DNA from: Longimicrobiales bacterium
Lineage (GTDB): Bacteria > Gemmatimonadota > Gemmatimonadetes > Longimicrobiales > Gaopeijiaceae
NCBI GenBank assembly: GCA_965202805.1
Contig: OZ241869.1
Coordinates: forward strand, 480,001-544,000
Length of the DNA: 64,000 nucleotides
Reading direction: 5' to 3'
The notes under the pieces are model-generated. The model ran no database searches. It saw only the letters and a list, made by a program, of their open reading frames with translations, and was not told where the DNA came from. How positions within the stretch are numbered: position 1 is the stretch's first letter; the number at the start of each line of letters is the position of its first letter. Both the position numbers and the translations under genes were made by a program. Below are positions 18,063 to 25,934 of the stretch, one piece after another.

Positions 18063-19692
18063 CCCAGGTTCAAGGGGTCGTCGCAACAGTACCGGGTTGA
18101 AGGGGTTCCTGGGCCTTCGATTCTACTGGACACCAGACTGGAGAGCGAGAGCGAAGGGTCGAGAAGGAAGTGGGTTATTGATGTCTCCCAACCCGAGGGA
18201 GTCAGAAGCGACCAAAGGTCGTGGAAGGCAGGAGACCCCCGGGCGGTGGAGCACTTGGTTTAGCGCAAGTTGGAGGTCCGGTTCAGTGATTGTGAGAGAT
18301 CTTCCAGGGTTTCGGCCGGGGTTCTCCAACCCAGGGTCTTGCGGGGGCGGCTGTTGAGAGCGGCCGCGACGGCGGAGAGATCGTCGGCCGTGTGTCTGCT
18401 GAGGTCGGTGCCTTTGGGAAAGTACTGTCTCAACAGGCCGTTGGTGTTTTCGTTCGTGCCGCGCTGCCACGGGCTTTGCGGGTCGCAGAAGTAGACGGCC
18501 AGGCCAGTGTCGATGCGAAGCCGTGCGTGCTGAGCCATCTCTGTTCCCTGGTCCCATGTCAGAGACCGGCGGAGTTGCTCGGGCAGGGTCGTGATCGACG
18601 AAGCGATCGCGTTCCGGACGGCTTCGGCACCGTGTCCAGCCAACGCTGGACCGTTCCTGGTCCTGGGCTCGTCGGGCTTGTTAAGGCGGGGGAGGTAGAG
18701 CAGCATCGTGAACCTGGAGGTCCGCTCGACCAGCGTTCCGATCGCCGAACTGCCCAGCCCCAGGATCAGGTCGCCTTCCCAGTGCCCGGGAACGGCCCGG
18801 TCGTCCGCTTCGGCCGGTCGCTCGCTGAGCATGATCTCGGGGTGAACGAACGTCTTGCCCCGTCTGCGGGTGCGAGCTCGAGGCACCCGCAGCGCCCGTC
18901 CCGTCCGAAGGCACGCTGTCAGTTCCCGTCGCAGCGCACCGCGGCCGTGAACGTAGAGCGCCTGGTAGATGGCTTCGTGCGAAATACGCATGGATTCATC
19001 GTCGGGGAAGTCGACCCGTAGCCGGTTGGAGATCTGCTCGGGACTCCACGAGGTCGCCCATCGCCGGTCTTGCCGGCGACCGCGGCGCCGTCCGGTCCAG
19101 CGCACATCCGGGCCTGCCAGAGCGGCACCGTCCGGAGCTCGGATCAGGCCTCCCAGGCGATCCTGCACATACTGCCTCAGCTCGCCGTTCGTGGCCAGCT
19201 TCGAAGGCTTTGGGCGGCTCGCTCGCCGGTCGGCGTGCCATTGAGCGGTCGTGGCCCGATACTCGAGGTTCCCTCCTCGTGTAGCCGCATTCCGCCGCAG
19301 TTCTCGCGAGATCGTCGAGGGTGAACGGCCCAGGTGCCGGGCGATCTCGCGCACGCCACGACCACGGGCTCGAAGAACGGAGATCTCTTCTCGCTCAACG
19401 AACGAGAGATAGCGCCGCGACTGGGGACGAAAATTGAGTGGTGGCATGCCACCACATTCGCGAAACCAGCGTGTGCCGACAGCGGGAGACACACCCGCTG
19501 CCACGGCGGCCTCCTCGCTCGACAGACCTCGAGCGATCTCTTTCCAGAACCTCTGTCGATGCTCGCGGCGTCCCACCGGCGGACGGCCTGGTGAACGCAT
19601 CCGTGGACGTAGGGCTCGATCCGCTCCTCGGCGCCTGCTTGCCTCCATCGCAACTCCTCCTCGAGGTGTTGCGACGACCGCTTGAATTCACC
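18063..19692 (-). mobile_element. IS30-family element
   Basis: IRs ...TTCAAG(C/G)GGTCGTCGCAACA at both ends, flanked by a CTG duplication (18060-18062, 19693-19695). Confidence 0.9.
18260..19648 (-). CDS. IS30-family transposase
   Basis: HTH GRSPSTISRELRRN, WSPEQIS, ISHEAIY, GHWEGDL, TWDQGTEM, PWQRGTNENTNGLLRQYFPKG. Confidence 0.95.
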   Translation of the reverse strand: MEASRRRGADRALRPRMRSPGRPPVGRREHRQRFWKEIARGLSSEEAAVAAGVSPAVGTRWFRECGGMPPLNFRPQSRRYLSFVEREEISVLRARGRGVREIARHLGRSPSTISRELRRNAATRGGNLEYRATTAQWHADRRASRPKPSKLATNGELRQYVQDRLGGLIRAPDGAALAGPDVRWTGRRRGRRQDRRWATSWSPEQISNRLRVDFPDDESMRISHEAIYQALYVHGRGALRRELTACLRTGRALRVPRARTRRRGKTFVHPEIMLSERPAEADDRAVPGHWEGDLILGLGSSAIGTLVERTSRFTMLLYLPRLNKPDEPRTRNGPALAGHGAEAVRNAIASSITTLPEQLRRSLTWDQGTEMAQHARLRIDTGLAVYFCDPQSPWQRGTNENTNGLLRQYFPKGTDLSRHTADDLSAVAAALNSRPRKTLGWRTPAETLEDLSQSLNRTSNLR

Positions 19693-20268
19693 CTGCGAGC
19701 CCTGGTCGCTATGATGGATGACCGGTCCCTTCGGCTGGCGACGGGTGATCGCCATCGTCAGCGCGTCGCCCACCAGATCGGCCGGCATCCGGGGCGCCAT
19801 CGCCCAGCCGACGATCCGCCGGCTCCACGCGTCCAGCACCACGGCGAGGTACAGCCATCCCGCCCGGGTGCGCACGTGCGTGATGTCGGCCACCCACAGC
19901 TGGTCGGGGCCCTCGGCCGAGAAGTCCCGCCTCACCAGGTCCGGTGCGGGCCGGGCTTTGGCGTCCCTCTTCGTCGTGCCCCGGAAGCGCCTGCGGGTCA
20001 CGCCCTCGATGCCCAGTTCCCCCATCAGGCGCGCCACCCGCTTGCGGCCCGTCCGCTCGCCCCTGGCCCGCAGCGCCGCGTGGATCCGCGGAGCGCCGTA
20101 GACGCCCCCGCTCTCGATCCAGATCGCCAGGATTGCGCCCTTGAGTTCCGCGTCGCGCCGCGCCCGCGCCGAGGGCGGACGCCGCAGCCAGTCGTTGTAC
20201 CCGCTGGGGGAGAGACCCAGCACCCGGCACATGACCGCAAGCGGGAAGGTGGCCCGGTGCGCCTTCAT
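19693..20268 (-). pseudogene. IS3 orfB N-terminal part
   Basis: YGAPRIHAAL...PDQLWVADIT...LYLAVVLDAWSRRIVGW...HHSDQGSQ, cut by IS30. Confidence 0.9.
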
Positions 20269-20582
20269 GAACGCATACCCCCGCTGGGGATCGATCCGCT
20301 CTCCCTCGCGAACCAGGCCGCGGCTTTTTTCAAGATGTCGCGCTCCATTCGCAGCCGCTTGTTCTCCCGCTTCAGCTCCCTCAGCTCCTTGCGCGCTTGC
20401 GTGGTCAGACCGTCGCTGCGGCGGCCCTCGTCCAGGTCCGCCTGCTTCACCCAGTTCCGGATCGTCTGCTCCGAAGGCTCGAACTCGCGCGCCAGAGACG
20501 CCGGGCTACGTCCCGCCCTCACGAGCTCCACCAGCCGCTCCCTGTACTCGGGCGGATACCGCCCCTTCCTGCTTCCCGCCAT
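20265..20582 (-). CDS. IS3 orfA
   Basis: YPPEYRERLVELV...LAREFEPSEQTIRNWVKQ...LKRENKRLRMERDILKKAAAWFA. Confidence 0.9.
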   Translation of the reverse strand: MAGSRKGRYPPEYRERLVELVRAGRSPASLAREFEPSEQTIRNWVKQADLDEGRRSDGLTTQARKELRELKRENKRLRMERDILKKAAAWFARESGSIPSGGMRS

Positions 20583-20804
20583 GGCACACCTCCTCGGTTG
20601 GCCCAAATGGAAAGGTGTCCGTCATAGCGGGGCAACTCCAGGCTAACCCCGTCGGTCGACCAGCAACGTGCTGCATCTGCGCGAGCTGTGTCCAGCTCTT
20701 GCGCACATTCTGGTATCCGTCCCATCTGCCCGTAGACTTCAACAAGTGGGGTTGCTAGGTTCGGGCTCCCTCAGCGCTATTCCCCCACGGGAAAGGAGCA
20801 AACG

Positions 20805-21062
20805 ATGTCGGTCGCGCAAAAAGACTACGAGCGCAAGGGCGTCGTTAGCCCGAGGTCCGTATGGCTCATCGTTGATGTGGATGATCCGTTCGGGGATATC
20901 AGCAACGAGGACGCGCTCGAAGAGCTGATCCAAGAGCTGGACAACGCCGTCCAGTCGTGGAAGGAAAAACACCGAAACCTGAATCGGACCCCCCGGCCGA
21001 GCATCAGCCGGCGCTCAGGTGTCGTCGACACCGAAGCGCTGCATGTGATGAAACGATTGTGA
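20805..21062 (+). CDS. Small hypothetical protein
   Basis: AAGGAG SD, 85 aa, protein-like composition. Confidence 0.45.
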   Translation: MSVAQKDYERKGVVSPRSVWLIVDVDDPFGDISNEDALEELIQELDNAVQSWKEKHRNLNRTPRPSISRRSGVVDTEALHVMKRL

Positions 21063-21562
21063 CTCCCTAGCCTTCCACCAACTCTCTCCACGTCAGCCGT
21101 CTCCCGATGAGCGGGGTCACGATTTAGCCATCCTGCCCCTCGGACGAGAACCGCTGGGCGAGTTCCAGGAGCGAGAGTTTCTTCCTTGGGGTGCGCTTTG
21201 TCGCGATCATCGGGTACTGCCCCTCCTGCCTGCGGTTACTGCTAACTGAAAGAGACCGGGCTGGCTCTGACACCAGCCTGGCCTAGAGCGGCTGCACACC
21301 CTTTAGGCGGCATGAGGCGTTGACCGTTGGCCCCCGGATACGGACCCGAGGGCGTCCAGAAGACCTCTGCGATTCCGATTTGCGGCCCCACCGCTCCTTG
21401 AGGCCGTCCGCGACGCGGAATCTCACCCTCGCGCTGGTCGAGTCCGTCCACCCGCCGCTGTTACATCCGCCGCGCTTCTGCGGCGCAACCTCCTAGCGCT
21501 TCTGGCGGTCCTCTGCGTGTTCACCGTAGGTTTGCTGGTTCCCCAAAACGGAGAGACGCTTC

Positions 21563-21784
21563 ATGTCATCAGGCAAGCAGCAATACTGGCTTCGCTACAC
21601 CGAAAGGGCAGCGTTCTACATGCCGGTCATCACGGAAGAGTCCGTCAGACGGAGACCAGAAATCGGAGATCGCATTGAGTCCCCCGGCTATCCGCCACCG
21701 GAGGGCTTCAGCTTCACCGTGGTTAAGGTGGGGGACGACTACGCTCTCGTGGACCTCACACCTCGTCAGCATGAACCGGGGTAG
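21563..21784 (+). CDS. Small hypothetical beta-rich protein
   Basis: GGAG SD, 73 aa, PEIGDRI...FTVVKV. Confidence 0.45.
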   Translation: MSSGKQQYWLRYTERAAFYMPVITEESVRRRPEIGDRIESPGYPPPEGFSFTVVKVGDDYALVDLTPRQHEPG

Positions 21785-21789
21785 AATCT

Positions 21790-22080
21790 GGCTCGTGATG
21801 GCGGATCTTTTCGATCACCTTGAGCGAGGTTCCATCGCGGGTGGCAAGTCGCCGAATCACTCGGGATGCAGAGCGCGGGTCCAGCCTTCGCTGTCGAGCT
21901 CATCCAGCGCAATCGGAGTGGGGGAAGGCTTTGGTGGCAGCACCAATTACAGCGCACCAGGATTCGTCCGGCCACGAGGTGTCGTGGCACCACCCCCTAT
22001 CGCGGGAGCAGAAGGGCAGTTATCTTTAAGATTCCCGCCAGAAATGGGAGAGCCCTCGGTGTTGCAGCACCACGGGCTCG
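21790..22080 (+). ncRNA. Candidate structured non-coding RNA (run of hairpins)
   Basis: Stems TTGGTG-GCAG-CACCAA, GGA-TTCG-TCC, GCCACGA-GGTG-TCGTGGC, GCGGGA..TCCCGC, GAGCCC..GGGCTC; no convincing ORF. Confidence 0.35.
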
Positions 22081-22082
22081 GA

Positions 22083-22165
22083 AGGGGGGCCGTGTATCGG
22101 TGAACACACCGGATTTTAAATCCGGCAGCTGCTAGGCCTTGCGGGTTCGAATCCCGTTCCCCCTG
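22083..22165 (+). tRNA. Atypical long-variable-arm tRNA-like gene with TTA anticodon (possibly a pseudo-tRNA)
   Basis: Acceptor AGGGGGG/TCCCCCT, D-arm GTGT-ATCGGTGA-ACAC, anticodon arm CCGGA-TTTTAAA-TCCGG, 15-nt variable region, T-arm GCGGG-TTCGAAT-CCCGT. Confidence 0.7.
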
Positions 22166-22314
22166 TTGTGGAAACAGGTGTTTACCCTGTCTCCGTGAGG
22201 CACTCTATACGAGGATCAGGCATCATGGCAAGTGGTGTATGCGCGCGTGGACCGAGATTCGGTTGACGTTCGCCGTCACTCTGCCGCAACCCAGCATCAA
22301 GGGAGCACTAGCAA

Positions 22315-22530
22315 GTGTCAACCACCAGCTATTACATCAACCTCAACGCCCAGGCAAATGGCGATCACGAGGTTCACGCGGAGGGATGCTACTGGCTAAC
22401 CCTGGTTCAGAAGAGACGGTATCTCGGCAGCTTCTTCTCATGCTTTCCAGCAGTCGCCACGGCAAGAGCACTCGGGTACCGGACGGCGAACGGGTGCTAT
22501 CACTGCTCACGAGCCTGTCACGACAAATAG
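22315..22530 (+). CDS. Small Cys/His-rich putative metal-binding protein
   Basis: GGAG SD + GTG; YYIN.NAQANGDHEVH..GC...YLG.F.SC..AV..A...ANGCYHCS..CH, a pattern I recognise from a conserved hypothetical family. Confidence 0.7.
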   Translation: MSTTSYYINLNAQANGDHEVHAEGCYWLTLVQKRRYLGSFFSCFPAVATARALGYRTANGCYHCSRACHDK

Positions 22531-22580
22531 CTCATCCTTTCCCCGGTACCAAGTTGCAACAACTCAAGGAGGACGATCTC

Positions 22581-22883
22581 ATGGCAGAAACCGCGAAGTG
22601 GCTCGACCTAACCTTCGAGGTACATCACCCCGACCGCGTGAGTTGGAACGCAGTGCCGGGTGTATACGTATTCGCCGGCGAAAACCTATCTGGCAATTGG
22701 TTTGCGTTGTATGTTGGCCAGACGGCATCACTGGCTGACCGTCTAGCCACTCACGAAAGGTGGCAGGAGGCGGTGCGGTGGGGCGCGACACATATTCACG
22801 TGCGGGTTGTCCACGCCGAAGGATCGCGGCTTGCTTTGGAAGGTCAATTGATTCAGGCATATCAACCTCGGTTGAATGGCTAA
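22581..22883 (+). CDS. Minimal GIY-YIG nuclease
   Basis: AAGGAGG SD; PGVYVF...LYVGQT..LADRLATH...E..LI..YQP.LN. Confidence 0.8.
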   Translation: MAETAKWLDLTFEVHHPDRVSWNAVPGVYVFAGENLSGNWFALYVGQTASLADRLATHERWQEAVRWGATHIHVRVVHAEGSRLALEGQLIQAYQPRLNG

Positions 22884-22932
22884 AGATTGTAAACTGCACC
22901 GGGAAACGACAAGAAAGGGGAGGACGCACACC

Positions 22933-23196
22933 ATGGCCATCTCAGAAGGAACCCGCGACGTGCTGCTCTTGGCGGCCAATAACAGGTGTCAGTGTTTGGG
23001 CATGTATGGCTGTGAACCACCACACACAAGATGCAACCGCATAGGAAGCCTGCTTGTCCCACTTGAGATCGACCACATAAGACCCTTATTTGCTGGCGGC
23101 ACAGACGATATCGGGAATCTCCAAGTGCTGTGTTATCAGTGCCACAAAAACAAGACCGCGCGGGATCGGGTCATATATGCTCACCTGCTCCCCTGA
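22933..23196 (+). CDS. Small HNH endonuclease
   Basis: GGAGG SD; CQC...LEIDHIRPLFAGGTDDIGNLQVLCYQCHKNKT. Confidence 0.85.
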   Translation: MAISEGTRDVLLLAANNRCQCLGMYGCEPPHTRCNRIGSLLVPLEIDHIRPLFAGGTDDIGNLQVLCYQCHKNKTARDRVIYAHLLP

Positions 23197-23197
23197 A

Positions 23198-23440
23198 TGT
23201 ACAAGTACGGGTAATCACCTGACACCCACCCTCATCTAGATTAGGTCCTACGCTGCTTTCTTCACCCCTTCCCGGCCGGGGGTTGGCGGGGGATCCCGGC
23301 CTTGGAGACCGCGTAGGGCGCGCGTCCCTTCATGCCGCAGCCCTAGTGCGGGCGGCGCTGTTTGTAGGTCTCAAGATACACGTCCAGGTCCTTCTGCATC
23401 TCCTTGACGGTCTCGTATCAGATCGTCCGCCCCGTGATCG
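23198..23440 (-). mobile_element. IS481-family right-end remnant
   Basis: Begins TGTACAAGTACGGGTAATCACCTGACA; homologous in inverted orientation to 30800-31053. Confidence 0.8.
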
Positions 23441-23766
23441 TCAGTGCTTTTCGAGGGGGGTACGGTGGAAGCGTTCGTATGTGGACGTCCCCTAGTGGGG
23501 AAGCTCGACTTCAAACCGAATCGGTAACAACCTGGTCAGGTACTGCCGTATGTCCGGGCCTCTTGATGCAGCTCTCGTTGGCTGCGGGCTCGTTATGGTG
23601 TTCCTGAGGATCGGATCCCAAAATCGATAAGCGGGCTCGACGACCCTTGAACACTTGCTGGTTTACCGATCCTATCTTCTAGACCGTTTTGCCCTACCCG
23701 TTTTGCGTCCTACCCACATCTCTCGACCGCTATCCGCTTTCGCTTCTCTCCTCTCCTAGAGGCTGG

Positions 23767-24050
23767 TCAAGCGGCAGCACGAACCTGGTAGACCTCCTCT
23801 CTCGTGGTCACCGCCCAGACAATCCCGCCGGCCTGTTGGCGACCGCCACCACGACCAGCATCGTCGGCTTGCGTGCCAGCATCCCGGTCAACCACGGGTC
23901 CGTAGTCTCGCCGCGCCGGATCGCGTGTTGGATGACCGCCATGGCTCCGGTGATCAAGAGCTGTCTGAGATCGCGCTGGCCCATCTTCGATATCCTGCCC
24001 AGCCTCGGCTGGCCCCGGTGGTGTGCTGTCGCGGCACGAGGCCGAGCCGG
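23767..24050 (-). mobile_element. IS110-family transposase 3' remnant
   Basis: LGLVPRQHTTG, LGRISKMGQRDLRQLLITGAMAVI, IVWAVTTREEVY across frameshifts. Confidence 0.75.
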
Positions 24051-24701
24051 GCCGAGAAGTCATCGCTCAAGGAGTCGCGGGCGTGCTGGTTGAGGTCTCA
24101 AAGCCGGTCCTGCAGGTCCTCTCGCCCCCGAAGACAGGCTGTCGCCCGACGACGAAGAGGACTGGGCGAGAGTGGTCGCGTCGATGGAAGACTGGTACTT
24201 CGAGCCATGCCGACTCCTCGGCAGAGTGTGTGTGGCATGACTCGCGGCACAAATCGTCTAAGTTCAACCAAGGCTGCACGATCTGCGTTTCTGCCGTTAG
24301 ACCGTGCCGGTCCCGCCGTGCGCTTAACTAGCAGGGAATCCCTATCAGATGGTGGGAAAGCCAATCATCGTGGGCTTGCCCTCGGGGTTGCTCGGCTAGA
24401 GCAGCCGATGCTGTGATCACGGGACTCGCTGTCGAACGTTGATCGGGGATTATCGGGCCAGGCTGAATCCCGATGGTTTGAACATGCCCAGCCTTCCCGA
24501 TGCCGATCAAGGCTTCGAGGTCAAGGCTTCGAGGACTTGCCGAAGACGGTGTTCTCCGCCAAAATCCATGGCATGTCTCGAACCGGTGCTGACTTCATCC
24601 AGCCACTCGCCCTTCCCCGCAGCAGCGCGGAACAGAATCGAGTTCCGCAGCGCGGGCTTGGTGACCCGGGCTGATCCTCGGACCCCCTGCTCCTCGGCTG
24701 T

Positions 24702-25934
24702 ATGAATCCACAGAGTCATCCGCGAAGCCCTCAATCCCCTGCCGGGGTTACCGGCGAAGACCAGCCATCGCCGCTCGATATCAATCTCTTCGCCGGTGCG
24801 GGAGGAATGGCTCTCGGCCTGATTGCCGCCGGTTTCTCACCACGGCTGCTCTACGAGGTGGATCCGTATGCATGCACTACCCTCCGGGACAACGCGGTCC
24901 CGGTCGATCCTCCCATTTCGGATGGCGTACGCGAGGTTGACGTCCGAAAGGTAGCGTGGCGCGAAATCGGTGACCTGAAGATCTCCGTACGACTCTTGGC
25001 TGCGGGCGTTCCCTGCCAACCGTTTAGCCTCGGCGGGAAACATCTTGCGGACAAGGATCCGCGCAACCTCTTTCCCGAGTTCCTCGACGCAGTGCGGCAG
25101 CTCAACCCTCAAGCGGTCTTCATCGAGAATGTCCGTGGCCTACTGCGACCATCCTTTAAACCATACCTTACGTATCTGCTCCGGCAGCTTGAGTTCCCTT
25201 CCCTTGGGCCCGGAGATGGAGAATCTTGGCAGGATCACTATGAGCGCCTCCGACGCCATTTGTCATCACCCGGCGTCGCCGTGCAGTATCGGGTAGAAAC
25301 GCAGCTGGTCAACGCCGCCGATTATGGAGTTCCACAGATTCGGTCGCGCGCATTCATCGTGGCTGTTCGTTCTGATATTCCCAGTGAGTACACTTTTCCG
25401 GCGCCGACCCATAGCCGGAAGGCGCTGCAACGAGTTCAACGAAACGGCGAGTATTGGCAGCGTCACAATGTCCCCGCGCCTACATCAACCCCTAAGGTGG
25501 AATCTTCCGACACCGACTGCGAAACACAACTCCCTTGGGTCACCGTCCGCGACTGCATATCCGACCTGCCCAAACCAGCTCTTCAAGCTGCTGACGCGAC
25601 TATGGATCACTGGTTCATTCCCGGAGCTAGGGAGTACCGCGGCCATACTGGTAGCAGCCTCGACTGGCCTGCGAAGACCATTAAAGCAGGGGTTCACGGT
25701 GTTCCAGGGGGAGAGAATACGGTCGTGAATGGATCAGGGGACCTCAGATACTTCACACTCCGCGAGACAGCCCGTATACAGACCTTCCCGGACGGCCATT
25801 TGTTTCATGGCGCGCGGATACACGTCACTCGGCAGATTGGAAACGCCGTTCCGACTACTCTGGCCTGTGCATTGAGTCGACCGCTCTACGAACTGCTCGT
25901 TTCTCCCGATACTTTAGCAAAGGTACGCATCTAG
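24702..25934 (+). CDS. dcm: C5 DNA cytosine methyltransferase
   Basis: LFAGAGG, GVPCQPFS, ENVRGL, YGVPQIRSR, QTFPD, QIGNAVP. Confidence 0.95.
   Translation: MNPQSHPRSPQSPAGVTGEDQPSPLDINLFAGAGGMALGLIAAGFSPRLLYEVDPYACTTLRDNAVPVDPPISDGVREVDVRKVAWREIGDLKISVRLLAAGVPCQPFSLGGKHLADKDPRNLFPEFLDAVRQLNPQAVFIENVRGLLRPSFKPYLTYLLRQLEFPSLGPGDGESWQDHYERLRRHLSSPGVAVQYRVETQLVNAADYGVPQIRSRAFIVAVRSDIPSEYTFPAPTHSRKALQRVQRNGEYWQRHNVPAPTSTPKVESSDTDCETQLPWVTVRDCISDLPKPALQAADATMDHWFIPGAREYRGHTGSSLDWPAKTIKAGVHGVPGGENTVVNGSGDLRYFTLRETARIQTFPDGHLFHGARIHVTRQIGNAVPTTLACALSRPLYELLVSPDTLAKVRI

Larger units (their letters stand above)
17639..20640 (-). mobile_element. IS3-family element interrupted by IS30
   Basis: Terminal IRs TGGACCTGCCCCGTTTTCACGGAC / TGGAGTTGCCCCGCTATGACGGAC; orfA + orfB with an A6G slippery motif near 20325. 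Confidence 0.9.

Noticed and set aside
17635..20644. Target-site duplication of the IS3
   Set aside because: Flanks GGAT and GGCT differ, so a duplication cannot be claimed
22581..23196. UAA read-through fusing GIY-YIG to HNH via the UUA tRNA
   Set aside because: GIY-YIG does end in TAA, but the HNH gene is in a different frame
24507..24534. 14-bp tandem duplication TCAAGGCTTCGAGG x2
   Set aside because: Only two units in decayed sequence; probably slippage or an insertion scar
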